From contig NC_043010.1 in NCBI RefSeq assembly GCF_006345805.1, positions 47,182,001 through 47,246,000 on the forward strand: 64,000 nt of DNA. Reading direction: 5' to 3'. A program made the position numbers and the translations under genes. The notes under the pieces are model-generated. The model ran no database searches and was not told the origin of the DNA. It worked only from the letters and a program-made list of their open reading frames with translations. This DNA comes from Octopus sinensis (taxonomy: Eukaryota). Shown here piece by piece: positions 1 to 13,702 of this stretch; position 1 is the first letter of the stretch, and each line of letters starts with the position of its first letter.

Positions 1-1180
1 AGATTTTTTCTTTTATCTGGTTAATGCTATAGAAACCAGAATTAAGTGTTAGCTAAGCTGACCTCAGTAGATCATGAAAAGATTAGCTTTGCTTATTTTC
101 AACTTCACAAATAGCTTTTTAATATGGGTGCACAGTCAAAGCAGCAAGCTGGCAGAATTGTTAGCATGCAGTGCAAAATGCTCTGCAGCATTTCATTTGT
201 GTTTACATTCTGAGTTCAAATTTCGCCGAGGTTGACTTCACCTTTCATCTCTTCAGGGTTGATAAAATAGGTATCAGTTGAACACTGGGGTTGATGTAAT
301 TGAATTATCCACTCCTTAAAGCTGTTGGCCTTGTGCCAACATTTGAAACCAATATGGGTGCACAGTTTGTTTCTCATCTGTGGCTCTGTATTGTGTCTGT
401 GACTCAGATCCATAAATTCAATAACCCATCTTCCAATACTTGTGTTCCTAAGAGTATAAGGGGCATTGTATAGGTGATGCATGCTTTGATAAGTTGTAGT
501 ATCAGGTATATATTAACTGTTATACTTGGGTACTTAGCATGAAGACAAAGTCTTCAAGATATGTTACTGTGTCTCAGTAGAGCAAGACAGTCATATACCC
601 AAAGAGACAAAATGAATGTTATATTTAGAAAAAAATCAAGTAAGATCAAAGAGAGTTTTAAGTAGCTTTGGAAGAGAAAAAGAAATATTAACTTGAATAT
701 TTATAAGTTATTCATTCACACATAGAGGTGAGCATTTATTTGTTCAAAGCTGAGCTTTTCATTTGACACTTCTCTGAGTACCTCAGTAAAAAGAATGGAC
801 ATGAAACTCAGAGATGCAGTAAAGAGAATTCTTAGCCTTGGATATAAACTTTACCATATGTGTTGAGTACTTTTCCTCTCATTGGTAAATTCATGTGTAT
901 GCATGGGAATGTTTATATCTGTGTGTGTGTGTATGTGTTATGTGTGTGTGTGTGTGTGAGCACACACACACACACACATACACATGTACACATATACAAA
1001 TACATATATATATTAGGTCAAAAGGTAACTATGGTGTTACATTCTTTTTACCAATACTGTCTTTGTATTTTAATTTCATAGAAATTATAAGAAAAAGAAA
1101 AAATTGAAAAAAAAAAAAGATGGGAAATGAAAAATGCACTTGTATAACCACTTTTGTGAAGTAATGAACATTGTCTGTTT

Positions 1181-1215
1181 TCATTCTTCTTCTTCCATTC
1201 GAATAATAGGGACCC
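1181..1215 (-). CDS. DNAL1: DNAL1 exon 10, coding part ([11 protein letters not shown])
   Basis: caacag|GG GTC...TGA; acidic C-terminus as in DNAL1. Candidate polyA signals: ATTAAA 1069-1074 and AATAAA 735-740 (minus strand). Confidence 0.9.
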
Positions 1216-4200
1216 CTGTTGAAAGAAAGAAAAAAGCATAGAGTAATTTTGGTTAAGGTAAAGAAACTCAGTCATAATCTACTGAAATTATAGAAACCAG
1301 AGCATGTCAGTTGTACAAACATTTTCAAGGAATGTAGCTTTGGAGGCTGACAACAACAATGGCAGTGTCAACATCATCATGGTCATCATCATCATCATCC
1401 ATCATCAGTTAATATTCACATTTTCATGTTTGCATGGATTGGATGTAATTTATTGAGGTAGGTTTTCTATGGTTGGATGCCCTCCCTGTTGCCAACCCTC
1501 ACCTGTTTCCAAGCAAGGTATTACTTTCCCTATGGCCAGACTTGTTCTCACAGAACATTGGAAATGAATGACACTGCTTGTATGACAGTGACAATCATTT
1601 ACAACTATTATGCAATGTCAAGGCAAGGAGACACAAACACACACACACACACAAACAACACACACATGTATACAATGGGGTTCCTCCAGTTTCCATCTAT
1701 CAAATCGATTCACAAGACTTTGGTTGGCCCAATGCTATAATAGAAAACACTTGGCCGGCAGACACCCATAAAATTATTAACCATCGTACAAACAATAACT
1801 CTGAGCACCTTTTCAAACTCCACCCATCTAACACCCGTGGACAAATTTACAAAGTAAGAAAACAGCACAGCTCCCATGACTTCAGGAAACATTTTTTCAC
1901 GCTGAGAGTTGCTGAAGCATGGAACAAACTGCCGGCATCAGTTGTTAGTTGTCGGAGCACTGCATCCTTCAAAACTTCCATGCTTCCTGAGATTTGCCAA
2001 CACTACACTTGATTTTCTCCCCTCCATACACACACAAGCATGTTCACTTTCCAGACATTTCTACATTACTGCATGTACTTTATATGCACTTTCTGACAAG
2101 TTGTGGTGCACCTGAGCACTGTATACAATAATTTCATTGTTATTGTTATTAAGATGTCATGCAGCATGACTGAACTCAGAACCATGAGGTTGGGAAACAA
2201 ACTTCTAACAACACAACCACACCTATGGATGTCTAATACAAAACACAAAATTACTCCCGAGATTTAATTGGTTGTTGCTTTTGTTAAACCTGAAGTCTAA
2301 CCTGGTCAAGCAGACAATTTGTGATAGAAGATATTTCATCTGGGACCATCTTGTTTTCTAAGTACATCTAGAACTACATTTTCTAATGTGGCCTTCTTTT
2401 TTTCATAACCACAAGGCATAATTTGAGAGAGATTAAGTTGCTATTTCTAGCAAGTTGGGGGACTATGTGAAGGCTCCTTCTTTAGCTTGACTATGGTTTC
2501 ATAGTATTAAGTGGATTATAAATGTCAGTACAGTGTATACAACAGCTCAGAATGATTTTGTAACTGTTCCTGATATTTGAATTGAAGGATATAGAATTAA
2601 GTATACAGTCAATGTACACACTGGAACACCTTCAGTTGATTTGAACTCAAGATCTAGAGAGACAAAATATAACTAGTAGGCTAGGATCTTATCATTCTTT
2701 AGTCAGGTGCAATTCTCTCTATGCAGTTCCTGGCAGCTAACTGTGTAAATCTGTACCTCCTCATGGAGCCTGTTCTCAATGAATTGAGCTGAGCCAGCAA
2801 GAATCAAGTGCATATGACAAGAAGCTATGCACTGTCACTGACTCTGGTATCCTATTGATTTATCTCAGCTCTACATTGAGTGAAGGCATATGGCTTGGTG
2901 GTTAGGGTATTCAGCTAATGATCATAAGGTTGTGAGTTTGATTCCCAGTCGCACATTGTGTCCTTGAGCAAAACACTTTGCTTCAGTCCACTCAGCTGGC
3001 AAAAATGTGTTGTACCTGTATGTCAAAGGAGCCAGCCTTGTCACACTCTGTATGATGTCTGTGTGCAAATAGCCATGCTACACAGCAGTGAAACATGGGC
3101 TGTGGCTCCTGAAGACATACATAGGCTTGTAAGAAATGAAGCTAGTATGCTCTGCTGGATGTGTAATGTCAGTGTGCATGCATGGCAGAATGTAAGCATC
3201 CTGATAGAAAAGTTGGGCTGAAGAGGCATCAGATGTGGCGTGCAAGAGAGACAACTGTGCTGGTATGGTCATAAGATGCATATGGATGAGAACAGCTATG
3301 TGAAGAAATGCTGCACTCTAATGGCGGAGTGAACCTGTGGAAGAGGTAGACCCAGGAAGACACGGGACAAGGTGCTGAATCATGATCTTCGAATGTTGGG
3401 CCTCACAGAAGCAATGACAAGTGACCGAGGCCTTTGGCAATACACTGTGCTTGAGAAAACCCAACAAGCCAAGTGAGATCAAAGTCGTGACCAATGCCAG
3501 TGTTGTGTAACTGGTATGTAAAAAGCATCATTCAAACGTTGAGTGATATGCTGTGCTTGTGTATAACTGTCAAACCCAGTGAGATCATAGTCATGGCTGA
3601 TGCTAGTGTCATGTCAATGGCACTTGTGCTGGTGGCATGTAAAAAGCACCCACTACACTCTTGGAGTGGTTGGTGTTAGGAAGGGCATTTCTACGGCATG
3701 TAGCCATAGAAACCTTGCCAAACTGGACTGGAATCTGGTGCAGCTCCCCGCCATACCAGTTTTCAGTCAAACTGTCCAGCCCATGCCAGCATGGAAAACA
3801 GATGTTAAACGATGATGATGATGAAGTTGACGATGAGGATAATAATGATGATGATTACAATCAATAGGTTTTTTTTTGTATATATTTTAAAAAATTTTGA
3901 TCCATGGTGAAATATGATCCCTAATGATGCAATAAACACTAAGTAAACTTAAAGAAGAAAGAGATGAAAGTGAAAGTAACCTAATCTTGCCAAGTTTAAT
4001 GCCACCAGCTGACCCTTGAGTGCCTTTAGTGGAATCCACTCTCTACTGCATTCAGGTTTCTTGTATAAGGATAACTTTCCTCTAACCAACATTGGATTCT
4101 TGCAAAAGTTTCATGAACAATACCTTCCACCCTTCACTAAGCCATGAACAGAGAAATTATGATGGTTTCTTTCATTGAGACAGATAAATTCTATATTTTA

Positions 4201-7200
4201 TGAGAGTAGTAAATAAAATTTTGTGATGTTCATCTCCAAAGACATTAGAATTGTAAGTCAAGTGAAATATCTTCAGCTGAGAATATAAGTCCTGTTGTAG
4301 ATTTGACTTGCCACAGGAGCTTCCCTAACTTATTTTTGAATATCACTGTAATGTTAAGCAAAGAATTTAAAAGGATTTTGAAAATAAAAACAGCACAAAC
4401 CATCAAGTTTCTTAAGTTTTGGTAGTTTCTTGGCCACCAAATCTCTCCAGTCTCCTGCAGCTGAATGGTGTTCTTCAATAGGATTTCCTGGAAATATAAA
4501 CATTTTGAAACATGTAAATAAAATGTGTGGAGGAGGTGGAGAAAGAGATGGGAGAGGAATTGGGGGAGGAAGAAATGGAGAAAGAGGAGGGGAGGGGAGG
4601 ACGAGGAAGTAGAAGAGGGTGTAAATGAAACATACCTACAAATACAAGATCTTCAAGAAGAGGTAGATCAGCCTGGAATAAAAGTTAAAAATTCATGTAA
4701 ACAAAAAATACTTTGGCAAATGAAATACAATTCCTGCTACAAATCTGAAGTATAAATTCATTTTTTACTATTTTATTGTGTAATTTTCCATTCTTACATG
4801 GCTCAAAAGCAACTTGTTTACATAGATCTTTCAGTGCCACATAAAAAAGCACTGGTGATAGTGCCACATAAAAAGCACCCAGTACACTCTATGGAGTGGT
4901 TGGCATTAGAAAGGGCACCCAACCATAGAAACCTTGCCTGGATAGGTGCCTCAGAGGGGAACTTTCTAGGAGCAATCCTGTGGTCATTCATGATCAAAGG
5001 GGGTTTTCACCCTTTATATATATCTATAGTATGTGTATAATTCTTACAGACATATATCACCATCACAAGGTCCAGTCTTTGTTGCAGTGTGGTGGTTTGT
5101 TTGCCTCAATGACCCTGACAGCTATGCCCGTGGTAAACAAACTCCTTGTAGGACCTCCTATGCTGGATAGGTCAAAGGACAGAGACTAAATTAATATGCA
5201 GTTCTATATTTAAGAGATGAGGAATTATATACATCATTTACATTTGACAGATATTTGTCCTCATCTTATTTGTTGTTAACACGTTTCGGTTGATATACCC
5301 TCCAGCCTTCATCAGGTGTTTTGGGGAAATTTCAAACCTGGGTTCTCATCCCTAAGGTATTTTTCATTGTTGTTGTTGTTTTTTTCTTTTTGGTGAAGCA
5401 ATATCGGGGATTCAAGAAAAACTAGCGACAGACACCCATCTAAAAGAATGCACTAGTATACCAATAAGAAACTTGATGGAAATGTTGACCTTCATTTGTG
5501 CATATGGCGTAATGGTTAAGAGTGCTGGCTACTAATCCCAAGATTCCAAGTTTGATTCCAGGCAGTGACCTGAATAATAATGATATCAAAAAATACCTTA
5601 GGAATGAGAACCCAGGTTCGAAATTTTCCCAAGACACCTGATGAAGGCTGGAGAGTATATCAGCTGAAATGTGTTAACAAACAAGATGAAGACAAATATC
5701 CATCAAATACAAATAATGTAGATTAATATGGACTACTTCCCACTAGAGGTAAAAAATAGGTCTGTATAGGGCCAAAACCCAAATCTAGAACTTGCAAAGT
5801 TACAGAAATAATCAATAACAATTTGAAACCAACCAGAGCTAGGAGAAGAAAAGACAACCCAGATTTGAGAGCAGTGAAGAAAAGTCATCAATGCTTGTTT
5901 CATAGGGTTTCAAATTTTGGCAAAAGGTAAGTGATTTCAGGGGAAGAGTAAATCGATTACATCAACCCCAGTGTTCAACTGGTACTTATTTTATTGACCC
6001 TGAAAGGATGAAAGGCGAAGGTGAACCTGGCGGCATTTGAACTCAGAACATAAAGCTGGAAGAAATGCTACTAAGCATTTTTCCTAGCTTGGTGACGACT
6101 CTGCCAACTCACCACCGCCTTATGTACTTTGATATTAATTACATTAATTGTATTGCTACTTACTAGTTTATTGAATTCATTCCAGTCACTCACTACATTA
6201 TTTGACATATATAATACCTGAAATGATAAACAAGAAATAATCTCTCTATATATAACAGCCAATGTCAGCTTTTTTATTTGTTAGTTCTGTTATGCTGTAT
6301 GAAGTCACTCTCTTTCTCTCACACACACATACATACATACATACACACATACACACACACATACATACATACATACATTTCTTTATTACCCACAAGGGGC
6401 TAAACACAGAGGGGACAAACAAGGATAGACATAGGTATTAAGTCGATTACATCGAACCCAGTGTGTAACTGGTACTTAATTTATCGACCCCGAAAGGATG
6501 AAAGGCAAAGTCGACCTCGGCAGAATTTGAACTCACAATGTAACGGCAGACGAAATACGGCTACGCATTTCGCCCGGCGTGCTAACGTTTCTGCCAGCTC
6601 GCCACCATAGATACATACATACATACATTAGTGTAGCTAGAGTGTGTGCTGCCTGGGGCAGCCCTTCCATCTGTCACCCCACTGGACCCCACAAAAAACA
6701 CATATGGCTTACAGCAAACCCAAAAGTGCTACCTGGGGCAGACTGCACCTACTGCCCCCTCCCCCAGCTATACACACATATACATACTACTTCCAGTTCA
6801 AATGCATTATGGTATATCATATTTGAAGGTTGGCAGTCAGACATTTTCAATAAATACAGGCATATACTATTCATGTTTTGTATACATTTAAATGTTTTAG
6901 ATGGTAGCTGAGAATCAATTTGTCGCTGAATCCTAGACTCAACTGAAAAACAAAACTCACTCTGCTTAATAGCTTCATTTCACTATCAGTTTTCAGTCAT
7001 AATACAGATTATATCAATTTACAATATTATAACAGTTACTTTCAATCACATCTTCAATAAACAGCAGAATGCAAATTTTTACAGATTCCAGTTGAAATCA
7101 CCATAACAACAACCATTTTATGTTACCTAGGATACAAAATTTCATGTTACCTAAGATACAAAATAGAAAATAATTCTCTGCAAACTGATCTGGAAAGATT

Positions 7201-7917
7201 GAATCTCTTCATTGATTACCAAGTGCCTAGCAATACTAAACAACCACAATGACTACTAAGTTTGTTAAGTGTCTTACAAAATGGATATATCTTTTCTTGA
7301 AACTAATTCAACCCCAGTTAAATCTTATTTTCCCTACCAACGAAAGACACCTGGATGCTGTTCATCTGCTTAAAATTTCAACAGTTAATACCTTTCTCTC
7401 ACCTATCTTAACCAAAATATCATTACATATTGAAACTGATGCTTTTAGAACAACAATCTCAAGTGTCCTTTCTCAGTGTAACAAATCACTCAAAATTCAC
7501 TTTCTCCTTGACTAAATTTCTTGTCAATTAAAAGATAAAATTATTAACCATCTTACTAACAATAACTCTGAGCACCTTTTCAAACTCCATCTGTCTAACA
7601 CCCGTGGACATGTTTACAAAGTCAGAAAACAGCACAGCTCCCATGACTTTCGGAAACATTTTTTTACACTGAGAGTTGCTGAAGTATGGAACAAACTGCC
7701 GGCATAAGCTGTTAGTTGTCGGAGCACTGCAACCTTCAAAACTTCCATGCTTCCTGAGATTCGCCAACACAACACCTGATTTTCTCCCCTCCATACACAT
7801 GTAAGCATGTATCTGACTCATACACTGTTCACTTTCTAGACATTTGTACATTACTGCATATGCTTTATATGCACTTTTGACAAGTTGTGGTGTACCTGAG
7901 CACTGTATACAATAACT

Positions 7918-7961
<44 letters not shown>

Positions 7962-10900
7962 ATCTATGACTGTCACAGAAAGTGTTAGGAAATGGAGAAC
8001 ATTTTCCTTTTGAGGCCATTTTACATTACACACTGATCAATAAGTAGTTTTTTCCTATTTAATCACAAAAGCAGAAGAAAAATGAAGATAAGATAAGATT
8101 GGCCAGAATTATCACTGAAAAGTTCCTGGCTTTGGGTAAAAGAAAATACAGGAGGATCAGTTAATTATGATTTTATTTAACCTATTCCCCTCTTAGATTC
8201 ACACACTTATTGCAGTGGTCCTTCAGTTTTCTAAGCCCTGTAAAATAACTCAGAAGGTTGGGCCTCACCAGGCCTTTTGCGATATCTTTAATACCAGGAA
8301 CTTTTAGGCACCCCCTTGTACAATTATGACATTAGAGATAACACAGCTGCTAATTCTCTTGCCAGATGCACTTAGTCAAATCTAAGAACTTTGCAAAATG
8401 TTAAAAAAACTTATACTGAAAGCATTGCATATTCAGAATTGAAATCACAATTCTAGTAATCTCTTCATGCTAAACATTTCATTTCCACAAATCTGTGTTG
8501 GCTTGAAAAGCTTTCTACCAACATATAACTCTTACAGCTACTTGTTTATGGTTATAGATCAATACTCAACATTTCTTGTGTTTCTGTGTTTAGATACTCA
8601 GACAATTGAAGTGACAAACCCTAGCCAGAAGATACAGCCCCATCTGAAAGTTTGAGCTCTCTGCAGGAAATCTATTAGACTCTGAATCTACTGAAGAGAC
8701 ATATTTTGTAGATTGCTGCAGTGTTGACCTGTTGACGAGTCAACCCAAGAAAAATCCTAGGTCTGCTGATGATTGCTGCAGTAATGTGCTGAGGAGTCAG
8801 ACTCAACAAATATAAGGGCTGGAGCAGTCCAGCAACAGCCTTGTGAGAGGAGGAAATTAAGCTCCACCACTTGAAGTTCATTGTCACAGATTTTCATAAT
8901 GTAAAGTGCTTATAACTATAATTTTCATTAAAATCATGTTTGTTAACATATTGGTTTCAAATTTTGGCACAAGGCCAGCAACTCTGAGGGCAGACATAAG
9001 TCACTTAAATCGACCCCAGTGCTCAACTGGTACTTCGTTTATCGACCCCAAAAGGATGAAAGGTAAAGTCGAGTCGACCTCGGCAGAATTTGAACTCAGA
9101 ACGTAAAAACAGACGAAATACTGCTAAGCAGTTTTGCCACCTTAACGTTTGTTAACATGTTGAAACTACACACCACGAAAAATAAAACAAAAAAAAAACC
9201 CTTCAATTTTTCTGTAGTGATTTAAGGGAGAATACTCTGGAGCATTATTTTCTTGCATGCTAAAATACTCCATAGCATCTCGTGGCTTGCATACCTCTCA
9301 CAAGCCATTCGTCTTCATCTAGTTCTCTTATTTGTCACCAGACTACAAGGCATAGTACCCAGTCAAAGGCCTGCTCCAAGTCAATGAATGCTTGGTATAG
9401 TAACTTGCTCTTTAGTAAGAACCTCTGTAGTTGCCTCGCTATAAAGAGGGCATCACTAATATCCTGTCCCCGCACAAACCTGAACTACATCACATCTAAG
9501 CTATTTCTTCCTGATTACTTCATAACTTGGTCTATCAGTTTGAGACCTCTGTAGTTGCTTCTAAAACATTCTTTTATCTTTACAGGAGCTGATGATACTA
9601 CAGTGTTAATCATCAGGAATGACTCCTTCCTGAACAACTTGATTAGTTATGCAAATGACTAATGAATGTGAGTTCGTAATGAGTCCAATGAGGGATTTAG
9701 CATGCAGGTAGGTGTCCATCAGGGTCTCATTTCCAGCTCTCTCATATGTATCTTAGTTCCCTAGGTCATAAAGAGGAATTTAAAACTGGCTGTCTGTGGG
9801 TACCTCTGTATACTGATGACCTAACTATATCTAGAATCATCAATTTTAGAGTAAACCTACTAAAGACAAAGCAGGAAGGAAAATAGGACATTACTGCCAT
9901 TCAGAAAACAAGCAAATTTTTCAAATTTTGGTACAAGGCCAGCAAATTCAGGCATGTGGGTAAGTTGGTTACATCAACCTCAGTGTTCAACTGGTACTTA
10001 TTTTATTGACCCTGAAAGGGTGAAAGGCAAAGTCGACCTTGGTAGAATTTGAACTCAGAACATACAGATGGATGATATACTGCTAAGCATTTTACCCAGC
10101 ATGCTAAAGGTTCTGCCAGCTTGCTGCCTTAAGCAAGTTAGATATTACAAAATAAATAAATAAATGAATGATAAAAAAATAAAAAGAACTTGAATGCATT
10201 ATAAGAGGCATAGATATGAAGGCCTATAAATAAAGTAACACCCACATTTGTGTATGAAATTATATAAAGGCCCAGGCATGGCTGTGAAGTAAGAAGCTTG
10301 CTTCCAAACCACATGGTTCAGAGCTCAGTCCCACTGCATGACACCTTGGGCAAGTGTCTTCTACTATAGCCTTGTGAGTGGATTTGGTAGAGGGAAACTG
10401 AAAGAAGCCTGCCATATATATGTATACATACATGTGTGTGTGTGTGTGTGAGTGTGTGTGTGTGAGTGTGTGTGTATGTGTGTGTGTGTATGTGTGTGTG
10501 TCTTTGTGTTTGTCCTCCACTGCTGCTTGACACACCAACACCAGTTATCAAACGGTGGTGGAGGTCCAATACAATAAACATGAGGCTTAACAAAAAATAA
10601 GTACTAGGGTCAATTCATTTGACTAAAACAAATTGCTCAAGCTGGTACCCCAGCATGTTTGATGGGATTCAACACAGTTTGTCTATCAAATTAACTCACA
10701 AAGAATTGGTTGGCCTAGGGTTATAGTATAAGACACTTGCCCAAGGTGCTGCACAGTGAAACTGAATCTGAAACCATGTAGTTGGGAAGCAAACTTCTCA
10801 CCTCACAGCCATGGCCCTTCTTCCTATGACTAAGCTGTCACTAGATTTGAACATTCGGAATACTAAAAGAGTTCAAGCACATTACTTACCCGTAGATTCT

Positions 10901-13659
10901 TCAGAACATTGATACCTTTCAGTTTTTCTACTAAGTTGTAAGAAATCCACAGCTGTTCAAGTGTTTCTCCAACAGCATCCTTGAAAATAGACAATGAGTT
11001 TCTTGACTTTTAACTTGAATAATTAATCAACAACAGAATTATGGCTCTTCCCTATTGAATATAGTCACAAGAATCTAAGTAAACTAGAGGCTGTTGTTGT
11101 TTAGCTTCAGGTCAGCTTTGACGGAGCAAGTCAATGACGAAGGTATTTCTGTCACAATTCCCTCACTTGTTTCCCAAACCTACTGCATGTAGAACACCAT
11201 TATATACATTATTCAACAAGCCTTTCCCTTGTCTTTTTTTTTTAAGACAAAGATGGGATTTGAAGGAAATTTAACTGTGAGCAAATTAAATTTAGCTAGA
11301 TAGTTTTTCCAAAAAACAAAAAATTTTAACTAATCATGCTATAGTAAAGTAAAAAAAAAAACAAAAAAAAGAAAGGAAGAAAGGAAAAAACACAAAATCT
11401 ATAATTTTGTTACAAACTTACCAAACCAGTTAGAACTTTGATTTTGTTTCTACCCAAAGAAAGTATTTTCAAATTTTCTGAAAATTTATTGAAAATTGTG
11501 AATTTATTATTTGATTAAATTTATAAAATTTCATTGTTATACCTGGAGATGGTTATTTTTTTTTGCCATTTAAACAGATGCACTATTTATTTAATCTTCA
11601 CTTTAGTTTTTATTTGTATTATTTTTTAGCTTATACATCTCTCAAAGTTCTTTCATCACACATTCTTTGACTTCATCAGTGACTCTCTTTGACATATATA
11701 TATAAACTAAAATTAATACGAATAATTATTGTTAGTTTATACATCTGTCAAAGAGTCACTGATCAGGTCACAGAATGTGTGACAAAAGTGAAGATAGTAT
11801 AAATAGTGCATATATTTAATTGATAAAAGAAAACAAAAAATAACCATTTCCAAGTATAACAATACCTGTTCTATGCATGTTTTCACATCAAGAATCTTGC
11901 AAAACAAATACATAAATATATAAAATTTTAGATCTACATATCATTTGAATAAATATTACTTTGTCAGTTTAAAATATCATGAAGGCTCCCCTTTCATTAA
12001 GCACTCACTTGCCTTGCAGAATTGGACAAGAATCGACACTAAAGATTTGATATTTATGCTATTTCAATTTCACCCTTTATCTTTTGTTTGTTTCAGTCAT
12101 CAGGCATGGGAGCTGTGCTGTTTTCTGACTTTGTAAACATGTCCACAGGTGTTAGACAGGTGGAATTTGAAAAGGTGCTCAGAGTTATTGTTGGTAAGAT
12201 GGTTAATAATTTTATGGGTGTCTGCCAAGTCAGCTGCTAGATGTCAGAGTTTCAATGTATCCATGCCCAGGGAAGTAAGGCGTTCAGAATATGGCAAATG
12301 CCTGATGGAGGGTATTCTCTTGGATGCATGTTCATCTCTTGCTTCTTATTATTCTCCTCATGTTGCAGTGATAAATCCTTTGGGGAAAGGCATGAATATC
12401 ACAAGTTCCATTTTCCTCTTCATAAAATACCTACTGATAGATGTTGCCAATTTTGAGTAGGCACAGGTGTAGGTGTGTGGTAAGGAGCTTGCTTCCCAAC
12501 AACATGATTCCAGGTTCAGTTCCACTGCGTGGCACCTTGGGCAAGTGTCTTCTACTATAGTCTTGTGCTGACCAAAGCCCTGTGAGTGGATTTGGTAGAT
12601 GGAAACTGAAAGAATCCTATCATGTATATATGTGTGTGTGTGTGTGTTTGTGTTTGTTTGTCCCTCCCCCCACCATTTGACAACTGGTATTGGGTTTGTT
12701 TACGTCCCTGTAACTTAGCAGTTTGGAAAAAGACACTGATAAAATAAGTACCAGGCTTAAAAAAATCGTAAGTACTGGGGTTGATTCATTGAACTAAAAT
12801 TCTTCAAGGTGGGGTCCCAGCATGGCTGCAGTTTAATGACTGAAACGAGTAAAAGATAAAAGGATTAAAATGTTGTTTTTTTTTCTTATGGCGTAGGAGT
12901 GGCTGTGTGGTAAGTAGCTTGCTTATGAACCACATGGTTCTGGGTTCAGTCCCACAGCGTGACACCTTGGGCAAGTGTCTTCTACTATAGCCTCAGGTCG
13001 ACCAAAGCCTTGTGAGTGGATTTGGTAGATGGAAACTGAAAGAAGCCTGTCGTATATATGTATATGTATATGTATGTGTGTGTGTATATGTTTGTGTGTC
13101 TGTGTTTGTCCCCCCAACATCGCTTGATAGCCAATGCTGGTGTGTTTACGTCGCTGTAACTTAGCAGTTTAGCAAAAAAGAGACTAATAGAATAAGTACT
13201 AGTCTTACAAAAGAATAAGTCCTGGGGTCAATTTGCTCGACTAAAAGGCGGTGCTCCAGCATGGCCACAGTCAAATGACTGAAACAAGTAAAAGAGTAAA
13301 AGGGTAAAGAGTATGTAAGCACCGTAAAACAGATAAGATTTTGGTTAGCTTAGATTTTAACCCAGTTTCTACCCTACATCATTGCTTTCTTATTCCACTA
13401 ACTTAAATGAAGTTGCTTTAAATTGTAATAAATTCATTAAAATTACACAAAACAAACTTACTGAGCCCATTCAAATTTGCAATTTTTTCAATATTATTTG
13501 TAGACAATGACAAATGCCTATAAGAAAGAAAATGAAAAATAATTCCACTCATCTAAATTTTCAGCTTTTATCACTTGAACATGTTAAAAATACACACACA
13601 CATAATGTATATGTATGTTTGTGTGTAAATCTATCTGTATGTGTGTATGTATGTGTGTA

Positions 13660-13702
<43 letters not shown>

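Noticed and set aside
1578-2012. 144-aa ORF
   Set aside because: Microsatellite, SINE B and CR1 3' end read through; not a host gene.
5500-5570. tRNA genes (this and other tRNA-like heads)
   Set aside because: No convincing cloverleaf or acceptor stem; each continues into a repeat body, so they are SINE heads.
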